DNA of 64,000 nucleotides from Spizellomyces punctatus DAOM BR117 (taxonomy: Eukaryota): the NCBI GenBank assembly GCA_000182565.2, contig KQ257453.1. One strand, 5' to 3'. The position numbers and the translations under genes are program-made. Position 1 is the stretch's first letter, and each line of letters begins with the position of its first letter. Below the pieces are notes generated by a model. It saw only the letters and a program-made list of their open reading frames with translations. It was not told the origin of the DNA and did not search any database. This document shows positions 1 through 20,224 of the stretch, piece by piece.

Positions 1-1405
1 CCTTGACCGGTTTAACAACAGAGCCTCCCTTAAAGAGGTGAACCGTTTTATCGCACAGCAACACTGCGAGGTCATCGCCTGCATTCCCTGGTCCGAAGGT
101 GACATATGCGGCAGGTGCAGGCAATTGTACCTTAACAGCAGACATCGGTGGTGGTACATTCAAATGCTTGAACGGCGTAAGAAGAACGGAGCATCCATCA
201 ATGACAGCCACCGTAGCAGGATTTTCTGCTACCCGAGATGTGCTGACAAACTGGTCAGCGCAAAAGTCGGATCGTTGGTATGAGCCGGACCTAGTTGTCA
301 AATGCAATCGAAGAGCCACTTCCGGATCCCATTGCATACCGGAAAATGAGTCATTCTCTGATACCGGTCGCAATTCCTGCTTCAAGTACCAGTAATAGTT
401 ATTTGCAGTCCACAATTGAATGACTGATTCGGGCTTCGCAGAAGGAGAACCACTTTGCAGCCAAACACCAAGGACTGTTGAATCCGCATTCCACGCCACC
501 TCTACAACCGTAGCGGTATCATCGCGAAGGGCAAACTCCCCATGTCGAAGTCCGTTCTTTTCAAAAAAGATGATATCATGCCGGTGGGGAAGCCTCTGAC
601 TTGCGGCGATCAAGTTCCCCGAGGGTCTCCAGTTCAAGGCATGCTCCAATTGCGATACGCTTTCGCTCGTATATTGCAAAGTACATTCCCTGTCATACAT
701 ACGTATGACTCTCTTATTGCCGTTTGGTGCCACCGCTGAGCATGCAAAGTAAGCTCCGTCGCCCCTCCATGAAATCCGTGGTCGGAAGTCATCGTCATCC
801 GAAATCAGGTTACTGCCAGTCAGCGCATCGTCCTTACGCAAGGCAGCCTGTTTCCCCTCTGATCCATGAAATTGGGTTTCCTTTTTGCCCCATCCAACGC
901 TTACGTGCTCCTCCTTGCCAGTCCCCTCCACATGAATCGGAATTTCTGTGATAACCTCAAAATCTTTCGTCATCTCCAATATGGTTCCTGCTCCCGTAAC
1001 TATCACTACAAGCTCATGATCTGGACTCCATTCCATGCATAAAATTCCTGAATCCACAGTTCCCACCACTTCTGGTGGTCTGTCCTCTCCATCCTCTGAT
1101 GGTATCAACACTAGGTCGCCCCCGTTGAGCGCGACGCACAATGCCTGAAGCTCCGGAACATATTGAAAGCCAACAACTTCCACAGCGGCAGTTGTTCCGA
1201 GTGGTTGGTTTGGGAATGTAGCGATTTCAGTTACTTCTTGTGAGACAGAAACTTTGTATACCCAGCTCTGACGTTCCGTTCCTACAGAAGAGTACACGTC
1301 CAGAGTTTCAGGATCGACCGCAATATGTGAACGTCCAGTACTGTCCAGCACGTCTTCTGGGTAGAGCACCGCACGGGCCTCGCTGAGAAGACACAGGCTC
1401 CGCAT
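1..1405 (-). CDS. ELP1: Elongator complex subunit 1 (Elp1/Iki3/IKBKAP), 5' part; runs off the window start
   Basis: Manual translation of the minus strand from ATG at 1405 gives MRSLCLLSE...VGTVDSGILCMEWSPDHELVVIVTG...VSVGWGKKETQFHGSEGKQAA, the Elp1 signature. It is absent from the ORF track because it has no stop in the window. Confidence 0.93.
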   Translation of the reverse strand, partial: MRSLCLLSEARAVLYPEDVLDSTGRSHIAVDPETLDVYSSVGTERQSWVYKVSVSQEVTEIATFPNQPLGTTAAVEVVGFQYVPELQALCVALNGGDLVLIPSEDGEDRPPEVVGTVDSGILCMEWSPDHELVVIVTGAGTILEMTKDFEVITEIPIHVEGTGKEEHVSVGWGKKETQFHGSEGKQAALRKDDALTGSNLISDDDDFRPRISWRGDGAYFACSAVAPNGNKRVIRMYDRECTLQYTSESVSQLEHALNWRPSGNLIAASQRLPHRHDIIFFEKNGLRHGEFALRDDTATVVEVAWNADSTVLGVWLQSGSPSAKPESVIQLWTANNYYWYLKQELRPVSENDSFSGMQWDPEVALRLHLTTRSGSYQRSDFCADQFVSTSRVAENPATVAVIDGCSVLLTPFKHLNVPPPMSAVKVQLPAPAAYVTFGPGNAGDDLAVLLCDKTVHLFKGGSVVKPVK

Positions 1406-1607
1406 GGTTCTTTGGGCCGATCGTCGTCGTCGTCGATCTCCACAAGAAACCAAACAGCATGCTTGAAGCAATAAACCCATATATGGGCATACTGCGCCGC
1501 AATATGCGTGTGGCTTGGAACATTACTGGGGAAAGCTGAATTCTTTTTGATGATTTGCAGGCCAAGCCTTTTGTTGGAGCCCGCGTGTTTCTGCCTACGA
1601 ACGTACA

Positions 1608-2987
1608 ATGGCCAAACCAAAGCAACAGCGAAATAAGCAGCGATCAAAGAAGCATGTGCAGGCACCTGCCGCTTCCACCGACAGCGACTCTCTGGACGTG
1701 GACATTGCGGCTTTCATTGAGGAGCAGCAACTGGAGATCGACCCTGACGTTGCGGAGCTTTTGACCGAGGATACAGCCGTATCTAAGAAAAAGGGTGGAA
1801 AGAAAAAGGGAAAGAAGAGTGCGGCAGCTGCAGAGGAGGACAGCAAGATCACTGCAGAAGTGGATACGGCCCAAAATGTAGAAGGAGACAGCATGGGTGA
1901 TGTGGACATGGACGAGGAAGACGAGGCTGAACTCGCTGCGTACCTCGATATGATGAAAGGAAAAAAGGAAGACAAGGACGAAGAAGAGGACGAGCTGGTA
2001 GAAAAAGTTTATTCTAATGATACGGTTAGTAATGCGGATGTCGGTTGGGTTACATGCACTGGATGTTGGCAAACGACGAAGATTTGGACGACAAATATGC
2101 AAATTCGGGGCTTGTTGGCGGACGTGTATTGGCGCTTCATTGCATTATTTGAACATGGCTCTAATCAATACTTATAATTCAAACAGGTGGCACTACTTTC
2201 ACGCCTGGACGACATACGACTTGACCAACCTGGTTTCAAAGTGCCATGGATCGAAACGCAGTCAATAACCTCACCCGCCCCGCTTGACCTGGATCCCTCT
2301 GACGTTCATGATGATCTGAAACGAGAGCTTGCATTTTACAAGCAAGCCCTTTATGCAGCCACTGAAGGTCGCAAGCGGATACTAGCTGCTGGTGTCCCAT
2401 TTTCTCGACCAGATGATTTTTTCGCGGAGATGGTCAAGACTGACGAGCATATGGCGAAGGTGCGACAACGATTGTTGGACGAGGCGGCGTCGATTCAGGC
2501 GGCAGAGCAGGCACGAAAACAGAGAGACTTGAAGAAGGTATGAAATCATTTAGATGCACGTCATAACAAAGCTGTTACTCATGTCCTTCATCTCTATCAG
2601 TTTGGCAAAAAGGTGCAGCAAGAGAAACTTGCAGAGAGGGAGCGAACCAAAAAGGCAGAGTTAGAGAAAGTCAAGGTGGCGCGCAGGAAACATGCTTCGG
2701 CCGAAGGGGGGCGGGATGACGGAGACGACGAATTCGATGTTGAGGTGGACAGTGGATCGCGTGGTGGTAAGGGCGGACGAGGGGGCAAGACCGCGGCAGG
2801 TGGAAAGCGGAAACGGAAGGACGAAAAGTTTGGATTTGGTGGACCAAAGCGTCACAAAAAGAGCAACACTGCAGATAGTACATCTGACATGAGTGGATTT
2901 AGCTTAAAGAAGATGAAGGGTAAACCAGGAGTAAGCAAAAACAGACCTGGCAAGGCGCGACGACAAGCGTCAAGAGGGCGAAAGTAG
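1608..2987 (+). CDS. EBP2: rRNA-processing protein Ebp2 (3 exons)
   Basis: VPWIET...VHDDLKRELAFYKQAL...FSRPDDFFAEMVKTDEHM...KKFGKKVQ and a basic C-terminus (KFGFGG...RPGKARR). Introns at ~2024-2186 and ~2537-2600. Confidence 0.93.
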
Positions 2988-3109
2988 TCGTCGCTTGTTT
3001 TCAATATATTATACTTTGCCAATTGCATGTACTGTGGTGTTGTTGCAGATCACTGACGTAAGCGCGTCGTTGTCATCCTCCCCAGTAGGTGATCTTTCAT
3101 GCCCAACCA

Positions 3110-3793
3110 ATGGCGGATTCTGCTGCAGAAAACATGCCCTTCCTGCATGACACCGACATTGAAGCTGACCTCAACGAGGGCAACTTGTCCAATAACCCAT
3201 CGCGTCTTGACCGCTTTCGCCGGCGCCTCAGAAAGCTATTAGAATCCCACTGGGCGCACATTCTCGTATTCGCGCTCGTTCTGATAGATCTCACCTGTGT
3301 ATTAACAGAAATCATTGTTACCTTCCTCGAGACACCCGAATGCGACGAACAGGGTAAACCACATGTGGGTGGAGGAGAGCCAGTTTGGTTGGAAACCCTC
3401 ACAGCCATCAGCCTGACCATCCTTTGGGTGTTTGTGGCCGAGCATCTCCTCCGACTGTTTGCTTTTGGGATTTGTTACTATATTAGAAAACCTTTGCATT
3501 TATTTGACTTTCTCGTTGTTGTGGGATCACTTGTTGCCGAAATGGTTTTGAAGGGGAAGGCACGAGAGGTGGCTGGGCTCCTTATTGTCCTCAGGTGCTG
3601 GCGCCTTGTGAGGATCATAGATGGGGTTGCCGAGGCGGTGAGCTCGAAGAAGGACGAACAAATTGCGGATCTGAGGGAAGAGGTGAAACGCCTAAAGAAT
3701 GAGGCCGCTCAGCTACGGCAGCGTCTCGGAAGGCTCAATGGGGACGGGTCTCAGAACACACTAGATGGGCACGCAGACACAAGCGGGGAGTAG
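3110..3793 (+). CDS. HVCN1: Voltage-gated proton channel Hv1 (stand-alone voltage-sensor domain), intronless
   Basis: Four hydrophobic helices, an Asp in S1 (LVLIDL), S4 RCWRLVR matching the RxWRxxR Hv1 signature, a C-terminal coiled coil and no pore domain. Confidence 0.88.
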   Translation: MADSAAENMPFLHDTDIEADLNEGNLSNNPSRLDRFRRRLRKLLESHWAHILVFALVLIDLTCVLTEIIVTFLETPECDEQGKPHVGGGEPVWLETLTAISLTILWVFVAEHLLRLFAFGICYYIRKPLHLFDFLVVVGSLVAEMVLKGKAREVAGLLIVLRCWRLVRIIDGVAEAVSSKKDEQIADLREEVKRLKNEAAQLRQRLGRLNGDGSQNTLDGHADTSGE

Positions 3794-3939
3794 CGTCAAC
3801 CTCAAACATTCCGTATGTAGTGTATTTGTTGCATGTACATAAATATGCTGACTATAAAGGTATCTTCTCAAACATAAATGTCACGTATTTACAAATGTAT
3901 CGCCGGGACAAAGGAAGTTGGTGGCATCCTGACTTCCAT

Positions 3940-7072
<3,133 letters not shown>

Positions 7073-7247
7073 ATCGGTGCATTCATTGTCATGCCTCTGC
7101 ATCGCTTGGAGCAAGAGATCATCGTCCAGGTTGAGCGGAACCAAGAACGAATAAGCAGACCACGTGATATCCTTGTTGCTATACCAACAACCAAGTTGGT
7201 GAATCTTTGATGAAGTTTGGAGCAAAAACTTGTACGAGATCGTAAAC

Positions 7248-7592
7248 ATGAGCCCAGTACGTTCAACGCTCTATGGCTGGTGAGATATTTATTTCTTGAG
7301 CTGCATGGAATAATATGCTTCATATGAGATTGGAAAGGATTTCAACTCTAGTGCCGGGTCGTTTGGTTTCATTCAGGTTCGCATTTACCGTGCTCGGCAT
7401 ATCGACTTTCCTCTTGGTTCGAAAGGATCTGAACGACCGGCGAAAGGCGGAATACAAGAGAGCAATTATGGAAGGCACACTAGCAGGTATTTTTTGCAGG
7501 TTAATCGTTCTTTGAAGTTTAGTTCACAAATGTGACCGTAACGCCCTGGTTTTTGTGTAGGTTCAAGCGATCGTGTGGATAATGGCCGTTGA
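7248..7592 (+). CDS. Small single-TM protein, DUF4748-like (3 exons, ~57 aa)
   Basis: Exons 7248-7279, 7377-7486 and 7561-7592 with GT-AG introns join to MSPVRSTLYGWFAFTVLGISTFLLVRKDLNDRRKAEYKRAIMEGTLAGSSDRVDNGR. This resembles the fungal DUF4748 pattern (S...GW-TM-K.IN.RR). Confidence 0.62.
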
Positions 7593-7970
7593 TAGATGGT
7601 TAATGATCGATCGATCGGCCAAGTATCACATCTACTTGGGTCCCTTTGCATTCCGTCGGATGGAGATCTGACCGTATCTAACGCGAATATTAGGCATGGT
7701 TCTGATGGGGGTCCTCCACGAGTCCGTCACTGTGAGCCTTCATGGCAGCTGACGATAAGAGTCCACAACCCGGCAGGAGTAGACAAATGATATGTCTACG
7801 CAATCCGCAACAGTCAGATAACTGCCCGCATTTACGGCTCTGCCCGCCCGTATGTTGCAAACGTCACCGCGAGAGTCTTGCTCAGTAAAATTCGGCTGAT
7901 CGAGTTAATAACACGTACATTCGACATCATGTCATCGGTCCTCTATAACTAAGCTACACTATCTCCTTAT

Positions 7971-10296
<2,326 letters not shown>

Positions 10297-10642
10297 TACG
10301 AATGGTCAACGGGGACAAGATGGGACCGCAAACGATGCCCAATGGCCAGCAGGACGGAAACGTGGGGTCTGCAAGATCTTCCTAAGGCGCGTGCGTGGCT
10401 TGTCATCCAAAGATCTTTGGTTCGAACCACATCACTTAAAGTCCAACGGCCGACAAGGCCGACCGCCGACCGCCGCAGAGATCAACCCTTCGTACGTCGC
10501 CGTCGTCGGCGATTTTGGGGGTGCCGCGAATTCAGCGTAATAAGGATGACCCCCATCGTTTGCTTCCGCTGCTCAACTTTCTTACCACGGTATGGCATTT
10601 CCTAGTCTACGCGGATTAGTCAGCTCCCCGATCGGATAAGGA

Positions 10643-10650
10643 CACGTGAC
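10643..10650. promoter_or_regulatory. GTCACGTG E-box in the SER2/GLR1 divergent promoter
   Basis: CACGTGAC at 10643-10650. The same TCACGTG core recurs in several other promoters of the window. Confidence 0.4.
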
Positions 10651-10761
10651 CAGCTGGGTCTTCCGTCCTCCTCACCACTGCCATTTTCCTTCCTCATCTT
10701 TGCTCAGAGCCTTAGAGCTATCGCACTTGTCCCATTACTTTACTGCCTACTCGATAAGAAC

Positions 10762-12851
<2,090 letters not shown>

Positions 12852-12969
12852 ACGGCCTTCCACCCTTCCAAATTTTCAGCATATAAATCACAATGGTTCG
12901 CAATGCATAAAAATGGGACAGTTTGTATAGCAGTAGGATTATTTACATATCGCGAATGTGCAAATATTC

Positions 12970-15900
12970 TCAAGGAGATTGCATGCTTTTCAGTCTGATG
13001 GTATCTTCCATCTTCTGCACGATATTTTGCAGTTTAGTCAATTTTTGGGCTGTACCAGCCAACAGTTTATACCTGAGGAAGACAAAGATTATGACCCACA
13101 GTCCCGCTTTTATAAGCATTTTAACCTTTAAAACTTACTCCTGTCGCAAAGCGGTTTCGATCCGGCGCATTTGGGTCTGGCCGAGAGCCAGCTGGTCCAA
13201 TTCCGCATCCTTGTCTGGATCTTCCACGGGGTTGCGGTCCTGCAGCAAAGAATGGACCTGTTCCTGAACCTGAACCAGCATGAAATCAGAGATCAAGAAA
13301 GAATGGAATATCGGTGAGGCCGCGAGATGTACACCCAAAGTCCAACCATCGCGGGTCCTTACATTTTCTGCCCAAGGTTTCAGTCTTTTCTGGAGAGCGT
13401 TACGAATGTGATGGAGCTCTTTGATCCATTGCTTCTCAGCGTCAGTAAGAGGCTGAGAGTTTTCGATCAATATCTGAAGTATGATGCCAAGAGATTTTCG
13501 CTGAACGTATTCCTTGACCCGCAAAGTGTGCATTTTCTTTGGCAGTTGCTTCAGGCGTTCTTTGTTTTGTTTTATTTTCTCATCCAAGAGCATCAGAGCG
13601 CCCGCTTGTTGCTTCAACTCCGATTGCTGCCGTTCCAAGCTGTGGACAAGCAAGTGGTTAAGCTCAAAATCGGCTGTGATAGTACTTTGAAATGGCTTGC
13701 AGTATCCCATACCGAGTTCTCAGAGCAATGATCGCCTCATGAAGGTCCAAGATGTCACATCTCCTGGCTTTCAAATGTTCAAAAAATGCCCACAATGTCG
13801 GAGGATGTGTGCACTTCGCCAGAACCTGCTTAGCGGAGGCGCCGGTAGGCAACCGTAGGGGTGGTGGTGCCTTACGAACTACTTCGGGTATATCGAATAT
13901 TGGAGGCTCCATGGATGGGGTGTACATTTCATTCGCGGTGACTTCGGAGATCTTCCAGGGAATATTTACATGCATGGGAAGAATGTCTCCGTATAAGTGG
14001 GGGTGAGATGTTAATAGTAGGTAACAGTATCCAAGGGATGCTTCTGTGATGACCGCGAACCCTACAACCGACGGTACATCCCTGCAACGAAAGAATATTA
14101 GAGTGACGGCTACATAGCGTTGGGGAAAAGCTCTTTACTGACGTGCTTATAAATGTCCTGGTACTAAAGAGTAGACTAACGTCGCTTTCAATATGTTGCT
14201 CCATTGCTGACTTCAACTCGGTCGCCAACTGTGCCTCGTCTGCTTGTGCCTCCGATAGACCACGTAACGGTGAAACCCAAGGTTCTACGCTCACACGATG
14301 GACTCCGAAAGAATGGTAGCAATAGAAGATGGCATCGTGTCGTGGATCTGCTGCTAAACTGCTTGGTATTCGTACGGGAGCTGTCTGCTGCGACCCAGAG
14401 CTTTCTCGCCAGGAGATATCAATGTCTTCATGAATTCTCAGTACGGGTAACGGCGCTTCCCCTGGTAACGCCTATGAAAAGTTGCACAACATAAGCTACT
14501 GCAACATAAGGGGGTTGGGAAAGTAGCCCACCTCTGCATTGATATTCCAGAGAGGTACCGGACCCTCCAAGTCTATGCATGTCCGCAGCATTCCCGACTC
14601 AAATGATATGATCAATACATTGATCGGATTCGTCGCCAAACATAAGATATCAGTTGCGTCCTGATAATCTATTGTAGCATCTGGGGATGGCTGAATTAAA
14701 TATGGTCCGCGGGCTCGGCACTTAACCTTTGCTGTCATCCGTGGCAAAGTCAGTCCTACAGGCTCCCCAGGTAGTGTCTCCTTTATGCTCCGTTGATTGA
14801 TTTCGTTTAGTAGTTCATCTAGCCATTGCTCCCGCCAATAGTATTGCCGCTCTGTATAGGGGCCATAACATTCATGCTCTTCATGTTCCTCTTGCTCCAG
14901 AGCACTAGCAGCCTTCAGGTCTTGCAATTTCTGCGGTATGAAGATACTGCAATACCATCGTTATTATATTAGCTTGAATATGTAAAACCAATCATATCAG
15001 AGAGTTTACCTGCGCTGTGGTACCACCGGGCATAAACTATATACATCTCCACTTCGCGTAACACCGTACATTGTCATTGAACCCCAATTCCCGTCGTCCC
15101 GCCCCACGCAAAACGAGACAAATTCACGTTCCCACAAATCAGCGCCGAACATGCCGGAGCGATTTGGGGCTTTCCAGGTATCGATGGGTTCACTACCGAG
15201 GAAATGTAGAGTTTGTTCCGGCTCGTTAGCATTGGCAGTCACGTCATATATTCTTTGATGAAGTCCATTAGAAGATCCCTTAAAAATATGTGAACACCCT
15301 TTTGAGAACTACACACCTCAGAGCTCCATCATCAGACAAAACCATCAGGTGCGTGTGAGATTCGCTCAGTGGATGCCAATGAATCTTGACTATGGGTTGA
15401 GGGGTCATGGGCCCTATCCGCCATGAGCTTGATAGCCCAGCACGAGGTATGAGTAATAGTGTTCAGAGCAAAAGTTATATTGGCTGCCAACCAGATTGTT
15501 GCTTACTTGGTTCGTATGCGTTCTCTCGTGTTGCCATCTGTCCAGGCAATCCGAGGTAGAGAGAGGACAACGATCTCATACTCTCCAACAACAGCTAAAA
15601 GTCTTCCAGTGCCATTCATCTGGATCTGACGGACGCGGAAACTCAGAGTTGGCGAGACCAGTTCCTGCATCGGATAGATGTTGATCACAATTCTCAACAA
15701 AAATTACTAGCGAATGGGAAAATACCTTAAAGTCAGCCGTCTCCAAAGCCTTGTCCACATCGTCTCCAGTCTCATCTAGCGAACCCTTCCATTTTCGAAG
15801 ATTGAGCAGCCGAATTCGCGGTGGAGAAGAATTAAGGCAAGTGACAGCTAAACCGTCGCGTACTGCGATCAAAGACTGTCGAGAATCAGGGGTAGCAAAG

Positions 15901-16112
15901 CTGTCACCCATATCATCCATAAAGTCCGGGCCGGATACATCCAGAGTATGGTTACTTGGAGCTTCTAGAGCTATGCTGGAGATGTCGGGGAGGGTGACAT
16001 CAGGAGTTGTTTGTGAATCGTCCAAGAGTGTGGAAGAGGATGTGTCGAGTACTGGATGATTGGATAGAGTCTGGAGCCAATAGCCCGGCGAAGGTAGCAC
16101 AGTGTTTGCCAT
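12970..16112 (-). CDS. NUP82: Nucleoporin Nup82/Nup88 family
   Basis: Beta-propeller motifs VRQIQMNGTGRLLAVVG, KIHWHPLSESHTHLMVLSDDG, WGSMTMYGVTRSGDVYSLCP and RGPYLIQP. C-terminal coiled coil with PLTDAEKQWIKEL. Confidence 0.82.
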
Positions 16113-16379
16113 CCCTTTACTTGCAGTTTGGCGAGTCGTTCACACGCAAATGCTGATCTCCCAAACCCAAACGACGACGACGACGAACGAACGAGCTCTG
16201 TCCAAATTAGGAAAAATGAAATGACATTCGATGATGATCACTCAATCACAATTTCTCATTTTCCGCGACTTCTTTGTTTTTTATAGCCGAAAATACAAAC
16301 AGCAAATTACGGGCGAGGGACGGCGTCAACGGGGCAACGACACGCCTTTATTTGTCGAAACCGTCAAGGAAGCGGGTAT

Positions 16380-17759
16380 ATGGAGGAGGCCGAGTCGACC
16401 GTCGAGGGGCACGGAAAACGAAATGCGTCCCCTGATATGGAGATCGCCCCAAAACGGAGAAGACTCTCCGCCCCAGAGGTCGACGGGGACGACGAGGCAT
16501 CGCGCAAAATGACGATGCGGTATCATATTCAGCGGATGGCAAGACTTCAGGCTCAAATGTACCTTCAAGGGCAACGCGAAGGGGATGAGCGCAATCGACG
16601 ACGTCAAGAGCTCATTGCGAAAATGGTGGAGGTTGCCAGGGAAGTGCGACGAGAGTCCGGACAAGAGCATAGCTCTGACGAACATACATATGAATTGGAC
16701 GGGACGCCGCGAGCAAAAAACGAACTACCCCCATATTCGCTGGACGGGTCGCCAGATCTAGATCGCGACGGAAAGCCCTTTCAATGCGACATACCGGGCT
16801 GTGAAAGAAAGTTTAAAAAGCTGAACGGTTTGATATCGCATCATCATGCGGCCCACGCTTCTGGTGGTATCAATGATCCCAAACCTTTCAAATGCAATAT
16901 CCCTGGTTGCAGCAAGGCATACCGAAATTCGAATGGACTAGGTTCGTTGTTCGGTCATTACTGTGTCCTACATGGTCTCAGTAGCTGACTATGGTGGGCA
17001 CGAAACTAGCATATCATTTAGAGAATGGTCACGGTGGCGGAGGTGTCATTAGTAGGCCAGCGACGGTGCAGCCAAAAGTCACGATTGAAAGAAGCTGGTA
17101 TTGTCCGTACAAGGGCTGCGACAAGACGTATAAGAATCTAAAGGGGCTTGGTAGAGATCTATGCTTTGAACTTGCTAAAATGAGAACTGGCTTATTTATA
17201 GGTCTTCACTATAGTTTACCATCTCCAGAAGGGAAAAGCTTCGGGACACAACGTGGACTTGGAGGGTCGTGGCGTGGTCGGCGTTTTCGTGTGTGCAGGT
17301 AGGTCAAACGCAGTAGAGAGCAGGGACAGTACACATTACTGGTCTAACGCAACTCTACTGTTTTCTAGTACCGGCATGCGGTAAAACATTTAAAAGTCCG
17401 CAAGCGCTGGTTGGCCACGTTGAAACAGCGCACGCGGATATGGATCCCATTGTAAGCCCTTCCATGCTCGATGATATATCAACCACCAAGATTGTCGATT
17501 GCCAATCATGTATGCGGCAATTTCGAAATGTAAAAAGGTTTGTTGATGACAATGGGGCGTTCGCGATGTGATCTCTGCTAATATTTTAACTAGTCTTGCG
17601 CATCACGTTGCCACCGCCCATCAACGCGAGACGTCTCCACGAGCTCTTCTTGCCACATGTTTATCAAACCCTCCCCAAATACCGACTCTAGATAGCCCGT
17701 TACATAGCGAAGGCGACGGGTCAGATGCGGATTGCCGTCCAATCGCCTTGGGACTGTGA
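16380..17759 (+). CDS. C2H2 zinc-finger protein with Sfp1/JAZF1-type fingers (multi-exon; ends approximate)
   Basis: KPFQCDIPGCERKFKKLNGLISH, KPFKCNIPGCSKAYRNSNGL-AYH and CPYKGCDKTYKNLKGL-VYH (Sfp1-like YKNxNGLxYH). The N-terminus has an NLS-like PKRRR. Confidence 0.72.
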
Positions 17760-18149
17760 CTCTCTTGTCTGCAGGATATGCCCGCTTGGGCCAATCCTTT
17801 CATGTCACCTCTCACGTATACCCTTCCAGAGGGTCACAGCCATTGCTGCCGCTATATAATATTAGATTGTGTGGTGGCGTTATTTTTTGAGATAGTTAAT
17901 AACATGTAGATACATTATACATTTTATACGATTGCATTGCCAGCAATACTATCCTTTTAACGACGAGATTCCGACTGACTTATGTCAGCAACATTGGATG
18001 AAGCCATAAATGGATAAATGAAACTTTGGACTAAAATGGAAATTATATCACGTGGGGGTTTTGCGAGCCGAAGGACGTTTGGCAGCTGCGAATTCGTTCG
18101 GATTTTCCTTCCTTTCACCCACACGCAATCTCTTCGTGCATATAGGAAG

Positions 18150-19598
18150 ATGGTACGTCCCGTTGTCGATGATAGCGAGATCCATCCATCATGAGAGAAA
18201 GCGCCGTCGATTTCGGGATGGTGGAAACGACGGATGCATGGATGGATGGATCGATCGATGGATGGATGATTGTAACAAATGAGCTCATGTACAATTTGCC
18301 ATTCCTTCACATGTAGGCTCGGGGTCCCAAGAAGCACATGAAGCGGGTATGTAATCCTGTCGAGTTAGTTGAGCAGTCTCCATGACTGGGTTGTTAACCT
18401 AATTTCGTCAACAGCTCGCCGCCCCCAAGCACTGGATGCTTGACAAGTTGACCGGTACCTGGGTATGTTGACAAACGAGTCGGAAGTTGGAAAATGGGAG
18501 GGACTCGAGAGATAGAGAGTAGATGGCTGCGGGAAGGAATATGATGGAGATCAAAGGGCGAGCAACGAGTAGGCGGCAATTGTGAAAGAGGCTGAAGTTG
18601 ATTCAGATCCGCATTCGAATTTGGCATTGCGATCACGATGAACATCGTTCTCAAACTGATTACGGTTGTTCCACAACACAGGCTCCCAAGCCCTCTGCCG
18701 GTCCTCACAAGCAGCGGGAGTGCTTGCCCTTGCTCGTTTTCATGCGTAACCGCTTGAAGTACGCTTTGAACAACAAGGAGACCAAGATGATCCTTATGCA
18801 GCGTCTGGTTAAGGTTGACGGTAAGGTCCGCACCGACTCCACCTACCCCGCCGGTTTCATGGGTATGTAAATGGAAAATCTTTTGATTCTTGCATACGTG
18901 TCAAATCTCATAAATGTGGGTGTAGATGTCATCACCATCGACCAAACCAACGAGAACTTCCGCTTGGTCTACGACACCAAGGGCCGTTTTGCCATCCACC
19001 GTATTACCGCCGAAGAGGCCAAGGTACGCTTCATTTCGTGAACCTTTGTGGAAGCTGCGGGATTAACATGGAAACATCCGGGAAAATAGTACAAGCTCTG
19101 CAAGGTTAAGCGCATGCAGATCGGTGCGAAGGGTATTCCCTTCATCGTGACCCACGACGGTCGTACCATCCGTTACCCTGACCCCATCATCAAGGTGCAC
19201 GACACCGTTAAGCTTGACATTGAGTCTGGCAAGATCACCGACACCATCAAGTTCGACACTGGTAACGTTGTCTTCGTTACTGGTGGTCGTAACACTGGTC
19301 GTGTTGGTGTCATCACCCACCGTGAGAGGCACCACGGCGGTTTCGACATTGTTCACATCAAGGATGCCCTCGACCGCCAATTCGCCACCCGTTTGAGCAA
19401 CGTTTTCGTCATTGGTGAAGGCAACAGGCCTTACATCTCTCTTCCCAAGGGCAAGGGTGTCAAGGTGGGTGATTGGAATTACATGATGCATCATATATAT
19501 AACATTTGTCCTAACTCGACGTACTTTTACTTTAGCTCACCATTACTGAGGAGCGTGACAGGCGACGGGAAGCTGCTCGTGCTGCTGCCGCTCACTAA
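18150..19598 (+). CDS. RPS4: 40S ribosomal protein S4 (eS4)
   Basis: ATG-only first exon, then [52 protein letters not shown] and [10 protein letters not shown]. Strong codon bias. Confidence 0.97.
18231..18270 (+). repeat. Imperfect (GATG)n microsatellite in RPS4 intron 1
   Basis: cggatgcatggatggatggatcgatcgatggatggatgat. Confidence 0.7.
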
Positions 19599-20224
19599 AT
19601 GGGTTCAGTGTGGCCATTGTAGAATTTGGGTGATGTGTGGGTTGATAGGTCGTAAATATACTTTGAAATTTCCATCTCTCTTTGCGCTTTTTGGGTTTCA
19701 AGATATGCGTGTGACTTTGTATCGAGCAGATATTTTGACATTTGTATTTTATTGCATTGTCCATCGCTACTGTTTATTATATCATGTCACAATGGCAGGC
19801 TCCCTTTCCTAGATCCATATGCGTCAACTTGGATACTTAACAGATGGAATGTCAAAAGCCTCTTTGGTTCACATTGTCGTATCAACAACAAGATATCGGC
19901 TGCCAAAATGCGTTGCCCCGAGGCCACAGACGCCGCGAATACGGCGGAAGCTTCCATCCGCTTTACTAGACTCCTCAACCAGTTTGAAACGGAAGTTTGA
20001 ATGCCCCAATTCGCTGTGCTTCTAGAAGCCGACCCTGATTATGTCAGCGGAGACAAAACGCGCTCCTGAATGGGTTGTCCCGTCTGCCACTCGAAGCCGT
20101 CTACTCCAAATTTAGACCAGAGGCAGAACCTTTTTAAAAAGGCCAAGTGCAAAAGTTCGTCGCTTACCTTCCGCTTGTTGTCCTTTTCTGTTTTGCTTTT
20201 TTTTTGCTCGCGTACGTTGACAAG

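Noticed and set aside
18150..18680. Intronic snoRNA in the longer RPS4 introns
   Set aside because: No canonical C box (RTGATGA) paired with a D box and terminal stem.
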